From: Patescibacteria group bacterium
GTDB taxonomy: Bacteria > Patescibacteriota > Patescibacteriia > UBA10025 > JAHIVO01
Direction: 5' to 3'
Length of the DNA: 64,000 bases
Assembly (NCBI GenBank): GCA_041650915.1
Contig: JBAZKE010000001.1
Span: 547,097 to 611,096 of the forward strand
Positions 1 through 10,026 of this stretch are shown here, one piece after another. The notes beneath the pieces were generated by a model. The model was not told where the DNA came from, did no database searches, and saw nothing but the letters and a program-made list of their open reading frames with translations. The position numbers were made by a program, and so were the translations under genes. The stretch's first letter is position 1. The number at the start of each line of letters is the position of its first letter.

Positions 1-1026
1 CATATATACTGTATCAGCATAGCTTGGAACATTTACGGTTTTGGTCAGATCAAGGAGGTGTACGTTGAAAGGACTGACTGTTTTTGGCCAGCATAAACCG
101 CTGCTGTCGCTGTGAAGTTCTGCGATTGCACCCATCGTTCTGCCAAGGCCGATACCATAGCATCCCATGAGAACCGGTTTCTGAATCCCATCTTCGTCAG
201 TAAATGTTAGATTGAATGAATCTGAAAATTTGGATTTGAGCGGGAAAATATTCCCAACTTCAATTGATTTTTTTTCTATCAAATCACTGTTGCCGCACTG
301 TGGACATTTTTTTTGTTCGTTGATAATCTCATCGTTTACCGCTGTACCGCATAATTGGCACAGATGGATTGTATCTTCTCCGGCCTCTGTAATCGTTTGG
401 AATTCATGTGAGTATTTTGAGAATGAGCCGCCGGATGCAAAAGTGAGATGGGTTTGCCCATCGAGGCCGACTCGTGAAAAGATTGTTCGGTACGCTACTT
501 TCACTTTTTCATAGTACGCCTCAAAATCTTTTTCGTCAGTATGGAAGGAGTAAAGATCCTTCATTAAAAATTCTCTCCCCCTGAGAATGCCGGATTTTGC
601 CCTCAATTCATTACGGAATTTTGTCTGTATCTGGTATAAGTACAGCGGCAGATCCCGGTAGGAATTGATATATTGTTTAGCAAGTGGGACGATGACTTCT
701 TCATGGCTTTGCCCAAGAACTAGCTCTTTGCCGGATGCGGAAAGGAGGTGGAAAAGGATATCTATGCCATCTCGTTTTGTGCGTTTGTAATTTTCAAGAG
801 GGTGTAATGCAGGCATGAAAAGCTCCTGCCCGCCGATGCCGTTGATTTCTTCCCTGATAATGTTTTCAATTTTTTTCAGTACTCTCCAGCCGAGCGGTAA
901 AAACGAGTAGACACCTGCAAAAAGTTTGCTGATGTACCCTGCTTGTTCGAGCAGCTGGGCATTGCGGGATACCTCTCCAGAAGGAGGTTTTCTCAGGGGC
1001 TTAAGGAAGTATTTTGATTGCTTCAT
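1..1026 (-). CDS. proS: Prolyl-tRNA synthetase, 5' part of the gene; the 3' end runs off the window start.
   Basis: Minus-strand translation from the ATG at 1024-1026 gives MKQSKYFLKPLRKPPSGEVSRNAQLLEQAGYISKLFAGVYSFLPLGWRVLKKIENIIREE..., a typical class II ProRS N-terminus and motif 1 region. There is no stop codon before position 1. Confidence 0.7.
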   Translation of the reverse strand, partial: MKQSKYFLKPLRKPPSGEVSRNAQLLEQAGYISKLFAGVYSFLPLGWRVLKKIENIIREEINGIGGQELFMPALHPLENYKRTKRDGIDILFHLLSASGKELVLGQSHEEVIVPLAKQYINSYRDLPLYLYQIQTKFRNELRAKSGILRGREFLMKDLYSFHTDEKDFEAYYEKVKVAYRTIFSRVGLDGQTHLTFASGGSFSKYSHEFQTITEAGEDTIHLCQLCGTAVNDEIINEQKKCPQCGNSDLIEKKSIEVGNIFPLKSKFSDSFNLTFTDEDGIQKPVLMGCYGIGLGRTMGAIAELHSDSSGLCWPKTVSPFNVHLLDLTKTVNVPSYADTVYM

Positions 1027-1053
1027 AATAGCATATAGAGTCAATGGGAACGG

Positions 1054-2217
1054 TCAAAATAACCGCAGAATATCTTTGAAAGTTACCAGTAGAACGATAA
1101 AAATTAGAATTAAAAAACCGATATTATGGATTGCCGCTTCAGTTTTTTGGTTCATGGCTTTACCGCGCAATTTTTCAATGGCAAGGAATAGCACCCTGCC
1201 ACCGTCGAGTGCCGGAAATGGAAGAAAATTGATAATGCCTAAGTTTATAGAAAGCAACGCGATAAACTGGAGGATATATATAAACCCGAGCTTCGCCACT
1301 TGTCCGGTCATTACCGCAATGCCGACCGGGCCGGCGATATCAACACCCGCTTGCTGCGTGATAACTAGATTTTTAATAATCTCGTAAAAAGCAATAATGA
1401 TCTGAACAGTAATCGAAACAGTCGTTTTTGCGCCCATCCAAATTGCTGCATACCAAGGATAGCTGACGTTTCCGACCTCTATCGATCCGATCCCGATTTG
1501 GCCGATGCCTTTGCCCTCTAAATCGGCCGGCGCAATTGAGTACGTAATTTCTTCGCCGCTCCGGCTGACAATGACGGTGATTTCCTCTCCAAGATGTTCG
1601 GCAGTATAGGCAGAAAGCTGGTCAGTGGTAGAAAATGATTTTCCGTCAAGGGAAACGATGGTATCGCCCATTTCTATGCCAGCTGCTTCAGCGGGGCTGT
1701 TTGCGCTTACCTCCAGAACTTGCAGCCGTTCATTGCTGACCGTTGCCGAACCTGAAAGTGAGCTGTCGAGAATGCTGGGAATTCCAATCCAAAAACCGAT
1801 AGAAATTATCACGTAGGCGAGTATAAAGTTCATTCCGACACCCGCCGAAAGAACTACCGCTCGCTTCCAGATTTTTTTGCTCGAGAAGCTGTCTTGCGCA
1901 TTTGGCTGATCGCCCTGCTCACCCTTAATTTTCACGAATCCACCGATGGGAATCCAGTTAAGAGAATAGATTGTCGAACGGTGTTCATCTTCAGGCGTTT
2001 TTCTGCCTTTGATTATTCTCCAAGCGCTGCGCTTACTCGTGCTGTTTCCCGATAACGGCTGGTTCAAGCGCTGTATTCCGACAATGCGGGGCGGAAAACC
2101 GAAACCGAATTCCTCTACTCCCATCTTCATTTTTTTTGCAGCACTAAAGTGCCCAAATTCATGGACAAAGATGGTTAAACCGAGTATAACGAGAAAGAGT
2201 GCGATGGTGAGCAGCAT
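1054..2217 (-). CDS. rseP: Site-2 protease of the M50 family (RseP-like) with a PDZ domain.
   Basis: Start MLLTIALFLVILGLTIFVHEFGHF gives the HExxH zinc motif inside TM1. A central PDZ-like segment follows. A C-terminal LDGG-type motif (PFPALDGGRVLF) is present. Confidence 0.8.
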   Translation of the reverse strand: MLLTIALFLVILGLTIFVHEFGHFSAAKKMKMGVEEFGFGFPPRIVGIQRLNQPLSGNSTSKRSAWRIIKGRKTPEDEHRSTIYSLNWIPIGGFVKIKGEQGDQPNAQDSFSSKKIWKRAVVLSAGVGMNFILAYVIISIGFWIGIPSILDSSLSGSATVSNERLQVLEVSANSPAEAAGIEMGDTIVSLDGKSFSTTDQLSAYTAEHLGEEITVIVSRSGEEITYSIAPADLEGKGIGQIGIGSIEVGNVSYPWYAAIWMGAKTTVSITVQIIIAFYEIIKNLVITQQAGVDIAGPVGIAVMTGQVAKLGFIYILQFIALLSINLGIINFLPFPALDGGRVLFLAIEKLRGKAMNQKTEAAIHNIGFLILIFIVLLVTFKDILRLF

Positions 2218-2227
2218 AGTGTGTGGG

Positions 2228-2779
2228 CTACAAGGTCATGATCTCCTTCTCTTTTTCTTCGCCAAGTTCTTTTGCTGATGTATTGTATTTATCAACGATT
2301 TTTTGCAGTTCCTTCTGTTGTAAATACATGTCGTCTTCAGAAATTTCACCTTTCGTTTTCTGATCTTTAATCGTACGCCAAATATCTTCACGAATGTTTC
2401 TGATGGTAATGCGCGATTCCTCAGTTTTTTGATTGGCAACTTTTGAGAGCTCTTTCCTGCGGTCTTCCGTCAGTGGCGGTATTGGGAGCCTTAGGAATGT
2501 GCCTTCGTTGACGGGATTAAGGCCAAGCTGCGAATTTTGGATCGCTTTTTCGATTTCTTTCAGCGCGTTTTTATCCCACGGCTGGATCAATATAGACTTG
2601 GCATCGGGAATACTAATAGTTGCCAATTGCTGCATTGGAGTTTTAGTGCCGTAATACTCGACCGGAATTTTTTCGACGAGTGAAGGATTCGCCCGTCCGG
2701 TGCGTATGGTATCGAGCTCATTTTTGAGATGATCAATGGCTTTTTCGAATTGAAGCTTTTTATCCTCGATAATGCTCAT
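2228..2779 (-). CDS. frr: Ribosome recycling factor.
   Basis: 183 aa. The motif NALKEIEKAIQNSQLGLNP...RLPIPPLTEDRRKEL is typical Frr. Confidence 0.85.
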   Translation of the reverse strand: MSIIEDKKLQFEKAIDHLKNELDTIRTGRANPSLVEKIPVEYYGTKTPMQQLATISIPDAKSILIQPWDKNALKEIEKAIQNSQLGLNPVNEGTFLRLPIPPLTEDRRKELSKVANQKTEESRITIRNIREDIWRTIKDQKTKGEISEDDMYLQQKELQKIVDKYNTSAKELGEEKEKEIMTL

Positions 2780-2799
2780 AAGATTTTTTAATAATATTT

Positions 2800-3855
2800 T
2801 TATTGGGGTAGCGGAACAGTCCCTAAAAATACGACATTTTCACGGTAGGGATCATTAGCAAGATAATTGATCGTACGAAGGGTTTGCACGGTTTTTAATA
2901 CTTCCCATGTTTTCCCACGATCATCACTTTTCTGGAGAAGATTATTTACGCTAAAAATAATCTCATTATAGTTGTTTGGATTTTGAATTACCGTAGTGAT
3001 TGGAATTTTTTGAAAATCGAATAAGGTTGGCACTACTTCCCAAGTATTCGCACCGTCAAAGCTTCTGACAATCCCCCCTTCGGTTCCTAAGATAATATTT
3101 TCAGTCTGTGGGTCGAAATCGAGCCACCGAATCTTCTGCCCCCTGTCAAAACTTTCAAGGTTTTTCTCTAGGGCAGTCCAGGTTGATCCGCCGTCCGAAG
3201 ATTTTGAAATTCCCTTCGTAGGACCAAGATTCGTAAATGCATAGAGAACATTCCTGTTTTTTGTACTGATGTGGAGTTGCAGTATTTGCGTTGTAGACCA
3301 GTCGAGCAATTCCCAGGTATTTCCATAGTCAAAGCTTTTGATTAACCCGGAGGTGGTTGCAGCGTATACGATATTTGGGCTGAATGGATCGACGAGAATT
3401 GCGACGATGGACTGGCTTGGCCTGGTTTCTTGGTAAATATCTTTCCACGTGATTCCACCGTCAACGCTTTTTCTGATGAAAATTCCTTCAGTAACGTAGA
3501 GCACGTCATTGTTGCGCGAATCAATTGACATGCTGTTGTAGGTACCGCCTGCAAGGCCTGTAGGCGTCCATTGGTTTCCGGCATTCGTTGATTTATAGAT
3601 ACCAGCCCCATAGGTAATAAGATAAACTATATTTTCATCTGCCGGATCAAATCGAATGAAGTTAGTTCCTACGCTGGCGATGGATGCACCTTCGTTATTG
3701 ACGAAAGCTTTTTGTTCCCACGTATCTCCGAAATTATACGATATGAAGACGCCACCATCGGGCGACGACTGCGTGCCTGCGATAGAACATCCGTTCAGTA
3801 CCGTTGCGGCGAGTAAAAGGAAGATGATGAGGCTGATGTTCTGAAAGGTTTTCAT
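2800..3855 (-). CDS. BNR/Asp-box repeat beta-propeller lipoprotein (Ycf48/sortilin-like).
   Basis: Several SxDxGxTW motifs are present (SDDGGSTWT, SVDGGITWK, SFDYGNTWE, SFDGANTWE, SDDRGKTWE). The N-terminus is a lipoprotein signal MKTFQNISLIIFLLLAATVLNGC. The ORF track starts at 3885, but the start at 3855 is preferred because it removes the overlap with holB. Confidence 0.55.
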   Translation of the reverse strand: MKTFQNISLIIFLLLAATVLNGCSIAGTQSSPDGGVFISYNFGDTWEQKAFVNNEGASIASVGTNFIRFDPADENIVYLITYGAGIYKSTNAGNQWTPTGLAGGTYNSMSIDSRNNDVLYVTEGIFIRKSVDGGITWKDIYQETRPSQSIVAILVDPFSPNIVYAATTSGLIKSFDYGNTWELLDWSTTQILQLHISTKNRNVLYAFTNLGPTKGISKSSDGGSTWTALEKNLESFDRGQKIRWLDFDPQTENIILGTEGGIVRSFDGANTWEVVPTLFDFQKIPITTVIQNPNNYNEIIFSVNNLLQKSDDRGKTWEVLKTVQTLRTINYLANDPYRENVVFLGTVPLPQ

Positions 3856-3859
3856 ACGA

Positions 3860-4903
3860 TTAGATTGTGAGAACAAGGTGCTCAAGAATAATTGTTGGAT
3901 TAACTGACTTTGCGAGCAGGCTTCTTGATTTCGATATTATATCAATTGAACGTACGAGTCGGCTATTAGTAAACATCGCAGCCAATTTCTTGATGGTGTT
4001 ATTTTGTGAGCTATTGACCACCTGGGAAATGCCTGATCGGACCAGGTAAACATCTCGCAGGAGTGAAAGCCAGTCTTTCAGCGTTTCATCAATTTGGTTA
4101 ATGCCTGTTTCTTCTTTTTGCCCGACCAATTTTGAAACGGCCTCAAAACGTCCAATAATGCTGGATTTTAAAACAGTGAGCAAAATATTGATCCTCTCTG
4201 TGCGCTGTTGAACAAAAGAGGTATCAGATAAAGCATTTATTGCTATACCCGGTTTTCCATTCGCGAGCTTTGCGAGAACGCGGGCATCCGTCGTTGGTGT
4301 TCCGCGGGTGATAAGCCAATTTTCTATCTGGTGTGTCGGGAGTACGCTACATTGAAGCTGAAGGCAGCGCGATACGATTGTAGGCGGGATTAAGTTTTTG
4401 TTTTCCGCAATGAGAAAGAAAACAGTTTTCCCTAAAGGTTCCTCCAGCGTCTTGAGCAAGGCATTCGCGGCCTCTTCAGAAAGGTTTTCTGCTCCATTGA
4501 TGATCGCGATTTTATAACTTGCGAGAAAAGAGCGTAAAGAAAGTTTGTGCTGCAAATGGCGGATTTGCTGGATGCTGATGTTTTTTTTGTCAAAATTGCA
4601 TGAAATAATATCTACGTCGGCATGAATATTTTTTTCGATTTGTTCGCAGTTAGGGCATATGCCACAGGGCTTTTTTTGGGACTGTGTGCATAGGATTGAT
4701 TTTGCGGCTGTGAGCGCAATCCGGTACTTGCCGATGTGCTGAGGGCCGAGTAAAAGGTATGCTTGGCCAAGTGTATCCGTTGCGATACACGACTGGAGAT
4801 ATGTTTTAATCGGGCTATGTCCGAGGATTGGCCAGTTAAACAAAGCTTGTGATCGGGTTACCATTGGTCTGATTCGAGTGCTTATACTGCAAGTATAGTA
4901 CAC
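3860..4903 (-). CDS. holB: DNA polymerase III delta-prime subunit.
   Basis: Contains an LLLGPQHIGK P-loop-like box, a CGICPNCEQI zinc module and an SRC motif (IVSRCLQLQ). The true start may be M14 at 4864. Confidence 0.6.
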   Translation of the reverse strand: MYYTCSISTRIRPMVTRSQALFNWPILGHSPIKTYLQSCIATDTLGQAYLLLGPQHIGKYRIALTAAKSILCTQSQKKPCGICPNCEQIEKNIHADVDIISCNFDKKNISIQQIRHLQHKLSLRSFLASYKIAIINGAENLSEEAANALLKTLEEPLGKTVFFLIAENKNLIPPTIVSRCLQLQCSVLPTHQIENWLITRGTPTTDARVLAKLANGKPGIAINALSDTSFVQQRTERINILLTVLKSSIIGRFEAVSKLVGQKEETGINQIDETLKDWLSLLRDVYLVRSGISQVVNSSQNNTIKKLAAMFTNSRLVRSIDIISKSRSLLAKSVNPTIILEHLVLTI

Positions 4904-4980
4904 ATCAGAGTACCATAAAAGTCTCTATTTTGCAAGAAGGATTTGTATCCGCGGATAGGGATACAAGTATTTTTCAAATC

Positions 4981-6177
4981 CTAACGCTTGAGCAAGTGTA
5001 TCATTTGGACCGCACTTTCGTGCCAGGAAAACTCTTTAGAACGTTTGCGCCCCCGTTCTATGAGCGCAGTACGATAGCCATCGTCCGTCAATACACGATT
5101 GATACCGTTGGCGATTGATTGCGGATCGTCCGGATCTACGAGCATCGCCGCATCCCCGGCGACTTCTTTCATTGCTCCCCGGTTCGATGTAATGACAGGG
5201 GTGCCGCACGACATTGATTCAATGATTGGGATACCAAAACCCTCATACCGTGAAGGGAAGATAAACATTTTCGCTCCACACATTAGGAACGGCAGGTCGA
5301 TTTCGTCCACCCAACCGGGTAGAATAACATCGTCGTCGAGCCGTTCCGATAGAATACTTTTTTTAATTGCATCAAACCCATAGCCCGGTTTTCCGGCCAA
5401 AACAAGTTTTACGCTGTCAGAGTTTTGCTGGCGTTTATACAAAGAAAAACCTTTTATGATAGTATCTACGTTTTTTTTGTATTCGATCCGACCGATATAT
5501 AAAATATAAGAGCTGAAAATAGAGTATTTACGTACAATGCAATTTATTCGTGTTTGATCCTCTCGACGATAGTACTGTTTTCCAGGGGCGGGATAAACTA
5601 CATGAATACGGTCGCCTGCGATCGTAAGTTTTTTCTGGATTTCCCTTTTTGAAAATTCAGAAACTGTAGTAATAGCTGACGCTTTTTTTTTGGCAAGGCG
5701 GGCAGACCAGCGATGGTAGTCAAGCTCGGTCGTGCTGTAGCTACCGCACGAAATAATTTTTACCAGTAGCTTGATGAGGGATTTGAGGATTTTATTGTTC
5801 GGTCCGATGGTCTTTGTGGAGTATAAGTGTGCGTATTCTTCAAACCCGACATCGTGCAGCGTGGTCACTGTCTTTTTTGGGCATATGACCGGGATCGTAT
5901 GCGCAGGCACAAAGAGTGCGTCAGGCTTCCTCACGAGCATCTCGAGAGCAAGCCGAAGCTGTGTCCATAGAATTTTCGGTGGCCACGTAAGTACCCTACT
6001 GGAAAAATTTGGGGGTAATTTTGAGAGCTCGCCCTTGAGCTCTTCCTTCGAATATAAAATAAACTGATCACGCGGATCAGCTACTTTTTTTATTTCCTCA
6101 ATAAGATAGAAAGCGTACCACTCCGTACCCGTTTTGCAGTCTACGTTGGCACGTGAAGCGTCAATCCCAATAATCAT
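4981..6177 (-). CDS. Glycosyltransferase, family 4 (GT-B, Glycos_transf_1).
   Basis: C-terminal EGFGIPIIESMSCGTPVITSNRGAMKEVAG is the GT4 signature region. Confidence 0.7.
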   Translation of the reverse strand: MIIGIDASRANVDCKTGTEWYAFYLIEEIKKVADPRDQFILYSKEELKGELSKLPPNFSSRVLTWPPKILWTQLRLALEMLVRKPDALFVPAHTIPVICPKKTVTTLHDVGFEEYAHLYSTKTIGPNNKILKSLIKLLVKIISCGSYSTTELDYHRWSARLAKKKASAITTVSEFSKREIQKKLTIAGDRIHVVYPAPGKQYYRREDQTRINCIVRKYSIFSSYILYIGRIEYKKNVDTIIKGFSLYKRQQNSDSVKLVLAGKPGYGFDAIKKSILSERLDDDVILPGWVDEIDLPFLMCGAKMFIFPSRYEGFGIPIIESMSCGTPVITSNRGAMKEVAGDAAMLVDPDDPQSIANGINRVLTDDGYRTALIERGRKRSKEFSWHESAVQMIHLLKR

Positions 6178-7184
6178 TATCGTGTGGACAAAATGCTCTT
6201 TTTATACGATTCAAGGTTTTCAAGCGCGATGCCGGTCCCTTTGGCTACACAAAGATGGGCTTCATCAGTAACGTACGCAGGAATCCCAGTTGCCTGTGAG
6301 AGCAGTTTATCCATGTTCCGCAGCAGTGCTGTTCCGCCAGAGAGCACCATTCCTTTATCCATGATATCCGCTGAAAGTTCCGGTGGCGTTTCCTGCAGCA
6401 CAGATTTCACTGCCTGTATGATCCCTGCAAGCTCATCCTGAATCGCTTCGGTGACGTCATCGCTTTCGACGGTTACAGTCCTCGGGAGCCCCTGCACGGA
6501 ATCCCTTCCCCTCACCTCCATGTACAGTTTCTCCTCGAGCGGGAGCGCAGAGCCGACCTGGATTTTTAAATCCTCAGCCGTCCGTTCTCCGATGGCGAGG
6601 TTGTACTTTTTTCTGGTAAATTCTTGGATAGCCGCATCAAATTTGTTTCCTCCTACTCTGACGGAGGCGTTCGCAACAATGCCGCCGAGTGATATTACCG
6701 CGACTTCAGAAGTGCCGCCGCCCATATCGACGATCATATGCCCCGATGCAGACCCGATGGGTATGTTTGCCCCGATCGCCGCTGCGACTGGCTCTTTGAT
6801 AATATAGGCCGCTTTTGCGCCTGCTTGCAGAGTCGCTTCGATGACGGCGCGGCGTTCCGTGGAGGTAATGCCTGCCGGAACCGCAATCATAACCTCCGGC
6901 CGGAAAAAACGCACCCCGCCGAGCGCCTTATTGATAAAATATTTGAGCATTGCCTCGGTGGTTTTGTAATCAGCGATCACGCCATCTTTGAGCGGGCGCG
7001 ACGCAACGATTGTATCGGGCGTCCGGCCGAGCATTTCCTTCGCTTCGTTGCCAACGGCCATGACTTTTTTATCAAGCAAGGATATCGCAACGACTGACGG
7101 TTCATTAATAACAATGCCACGACCGGGTATATAAACAAGCGAGTAGGTTGTGCCCAGATCGACACCCAGCTTTTTTGAAAACAT
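6177..7184 (-). CDS. mreB: Rod-shape-determining actin homolog MreB.
   Basis: Motifs LGVDLGTTYSLVY and MIVDMGGGTSEVAVISLGG, plus the full-length actin-fold phosphate and adenosine motifs. Confidence 0.85.
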   Translation of the reverse strand: MFSKKLGVDLGTTYSLVYIPGRGIVINEPSVVAISLLDKKVMAVGNEAKEMLGRTPDTIVASRPLKDGVIADYKTTEAMLKYFINKALGGVRFFRPEVMIAVPAGITSTERRAVIEATLQAGAKAAYIIKEPVAAAIGANIPIGSASGHMIVDMGGGTSEVAVISLGGIVANASVRVGGNKFDAAIQEFTRKKYNLAIGERTAEDLKIQVGSALPLEEKLYMEVRGRDSVQGLPRTVTVESDDVTEAIQDELAGIIQAVKSVLQETPPELSADIMDKGMVLSGGTALLRNMDKLLSQATGIPAYVTDEAHLCVAKGTGIALENLESYKKSILSTR

Positions 7185-7193
7185 ATGATGTAG

Positions 7194-9149
7194 TTACAGT
7201 TCAACGGTTACTTCTCTATCCTCGGAAAGCTCTGTTGTGATCAGTATACCATTATCAACGGATATAGTTCCGTTGTCAAGGCCGGTAACCGACTGCGGTT
7301 GTTCATCAAGCTCGAGGTTGATGGTGAGAGGATAGTTAGCTGCGCCGGCTTGTTTTTGGAAGAGAAGGCCGTAGGAGCCATCTGCAATCGCGGCACTGAC
7401 TGTATTTGGCAGTTTATATTTAAACGTGAGGGTCCTCTGCTCATCCGGCTCAACGCAAATAAACGTACCAAAAACGGTCTTGCCGACCTCTTCCCCCTTG
7501 TCGATGCTCCCTTCTTCGTTAATTTTACAATCAACCATTGAACCGTCCGAAGTCAGCAGTTCAGAGCCAAGTGGAACGTATACCCGCACGTACGATCTGT
7601 AGCGGGTCGTTTTCCACGTGATAGATCCGACATTGTGATACGTTATAGCAATATCAGCGATGGTATTATTTCCGTCTCTGCGGACGCGGTAGTCAATTGA
7701 ACGTTCAACCGCAGGATCGGTTTTAAGGCTGGCGAGATTTGCATCGATAATTGCGACGGAATCAATCATCGCTTCCCGTATTGCCCCTCCCCAGTTTTCT
7801 TTTAAAATAAATTCTTGCACATATTGGTCCTTGGAGAAAATAAGAATTTGTTTTTCAGTGACATCTTTTGTAAATACTTTCCAAAGATCCGGCCATTTGC
7901 TCTTCGGCAGGTCGAGTATGCTATCGAGGATTTTTGACGAGAGAACACCGATTATTTCTTTTCTCTCGCTTTCCTCGAGCCCCTGGCGAAGAAAACCCTG
8001 CTCAACCTGGTACTGTAGCGTATCAATGAGGTTTTCTTGCGTAAATGTTAACCCGTTTACGCTGATTTCTCCGGTAAGGGTAAGCAATGATTGGATAAAT
8101 GTGGGCGTGACCGCAATAATACCGTCAATATTTTCCTCTGGGCCGCGTTCCTCATGGTAGAACCACTCCGCCTTTTCCGCAGTTGTGGGAAAATCCGGTG
8201 ACCAGTTAGAATCCCGGAAAAACCATTCAAATACCGCATTGTAGCGCGTCAGCGGCCAGGGAGGTTCAACGCTGAGCCATGCTTCCGCCGGTTTGTCTAT
8301 ATTATATGAATTATCGGTTGTAAATTCCGTGATCTCACCATTTTTAATTTTTAATATGCCGTACGTACCGATGAAGCCGCCGGTCGGACGAAGTTCCGTG
8401 TTGTTTTGGAGGAGGAAGAGGTAGGTTTTTTCATCGGGATAACCCGCGATTGAAGGAATTATCTGGCTCGCTGAGATTGCCTGGTCGATTGCAGACTGAA
8501 TGGATGGTACATTCTCCTTGAGAGGTTCGGCAGCGTCCTGCAGCTTGCCAATAAGTCCGCTGTCAGGGATTTGATTGATTAAAACAACCGCATCATCGAT
8601 CAGTGCTTTTGACGCTTCCAATTCCGGTTTTGCATCATGAATTGATTTCAGGAGCTGTTCAGTCTGCTCCTCGGTCAGCGTACTGAGGCTGATCTCTTCC
8701 TCCTGCTGGAGCGGAATGACGATGCCGATAACGAGATCATTGATTTTTTTAATAGACTCTCCAGTCACGATGCCTGCTTGCAATAGATTATCGAGCGCTG
8801 ATATCTGGGAGCCGATAAGCGGGATAAAGCGGAGCCATTTAAATTTATTAAATTCAGCATCAGCCTGCTGGAAATGACCAACTGCGCTCACGAGGGAATA
8901 GTGTGCCAGCGTGAATTCCTGTGCGAGAAGCTCATCCTGTGCTCTTAAAAAATCATCACGTCCCTGAATGCCATGCTCATATACGAGCGTTGCGGGTTTT
9001 TTATACACAAAAAATAAACTGCTAAAAATGGCAAGTACGGCACCGATAACAACGAGAGCGATTGTTATGTATCGTTTCCTTTTTGATGCTGTTTTTTTCT
9101 GTTTGGTCTTAATCGAAAAAATATTTTTATCGATTTTTTTGATTTTCAT
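7194..9149 (-). CDS. Membrane-anchored DUF4012-like protein.
   Basis: N-terminal TM helix (ITIALVVIGAVLAIFSSLFFVY). The central LRPTGGFIGTYGILK motif is recalled as characteristic of the DUF4012 family, which is usually found beside cell-wall glycan genes. This assignment is from memory, not a search. Confidence 0.4.
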   Translation of the reverse strand: MKIKKIDKNIFSIKTKQKKTASKRKRYITIALVVIGAVLAIFSSLFFVYKKPATLVYEHGIQGRDDFLRAQDELLAQEFTLAHYSLVSAVGHFQQADAEFNKFKWLRFIPLIGSQISALDNLLQAGIVTGESIKKINDLVIGIVIPLQQEEEISLSTLTEEQTEQLLKSIHDAKPELEASKALIDDAVVLINQIPDSGLIGKLQDAAEPLKENVPSIQSAIDQAISASQIIPSIAGYPDEKTYLFLLQNNTELRPTGGFIGTYGILKIKNGEITEFTTDNSYNIDKPAEAWLSVEPPWPLTRYNAVFEWFFRDSNWSPDFPTTAEKAEWFYHEERGPEENIDGIIAVTPTFIQSLLTLTGEISVNGLTFTQENLIDTLQYQVEQGFLRQGLEESERKEIIGVLSSKILDSILDLPKSKWPDLWKVFTKDVTEKQILIFSKDQYVQEFILKENWGGAIREAMIDSVAIIDANLASLKTDPAVERSIDYRVRRDGNNTIADIAITYHNVGSITWKTTRYRSYVRVYVPLGSELLTSDGSMVDCKINEEGSIDKGEEVGKTVFGTFICVEPDEQRTLTFKYKLPNTVSAAIADGSYGLLFQKQAGAANYPLTINLELDEQPQSVTGLDNGTISVDNGILITTELSEDREVTVEL

Positions 9150-10026
9150 GCGGAAGTTCTTTACCGGAATATTTAAAGCAGTACTTGATCCAAGAAAATA
9201 TATGTACCCTGGTCAGCCTGTTAAATAGTATGCTCCTGATGCCGCCTTTTGAAGCCGATCCGCGGCTATGATAGTGCACGATTTCAATGTCATGAATATA
9301 AAATATTGACCACCCATTTTCCCAAAATCGTCTGCACCAGTCGACATCTTCAAAGTACATAAAAAAACGTTCATCCATGAGCCCGACTTGCTTGATCGCT
9401 TCATTGCGAACGAGCAGACCGGTTCCAATAACCCAATCAACAGGTTTTGTTTCATTGTGGTCCCAGTCGAGCATGAGGTACTCTCTGATTGCTTTTTTTG
9501 CCGTCGGTAATTTGCCGAGAAAACTGCGCCGGTACAGCGGGTACAGCAGTTTTGGAAAAGTGCACGTGGATGCTTGCGTAGTTCCGTTCGGATTGATGAG
9601 TTTGGGGCCAGCCAGTCCTACGTCTTTGTGCATCTCCATGAACCTAAACATGCGTTCGCACGCTTGCCCCTGAACGATCGTCGTGTCCATGTTGAGTATC
9701 AGATAGTATCGGCACTCAATTGATTTTATCCCGATGTTTACGGCCCGAGCATATCCGCGATTCTGTTCGAGCGGTATCAGCCGGATCGACGGGAATGTTT
9801 CCCGTACCATGTCAGAACTCCCGTCGTTTGAGGCATTGTCAACGACAATAACCTTGTAGGTAAGTTTAGTATTTTCGAGGTTCTTAAAAAGCGATTTCAG
9901 GCACTGCCTGAGCAGGCCGCGGGCATTGAAATTTACTACTACGATTGACAGATCGAGCATATGCCATGGACTATAAAAACGGTACCGAATGGTATCAATT
10001 GTATCAGCAATGCCAGTTTCAATCAA
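9127..10026 (-). CDS. Glycosyltransferase, family 2.
   Basis: LSIVVVNFN...VIVVDNASNDGS and a DxD-like LILNMD. An alternative start is M23 at 9960. Confidence 0.7.
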   Translation of the reverse strand: MIETGIADTIDTIRYRFYSPWHMLDLSIVVVNFNARGLLRQCLKSLFKNLENTKLTYKVIVVDNASNDGSSDMVRETFPSIRLIPLEQNRGYARAVNIGIKSIECRYYLILNMDTTIVQGQACERMFRFMEMHKDVGLAGPKLINPNGTTQASTCTFPKLLYPLYRRSFLGKLPTAKKAIREYLMLDWDHNETKPVDWVIGTGLLVRNEAIKQVGLMDERFFMYFEDVDWCRRFWENGWSIFYIHDIEIVHYHSRGSASKGGIRSILFNRLTRVHIFSWIKYCFKYSGKELPHENQKNR

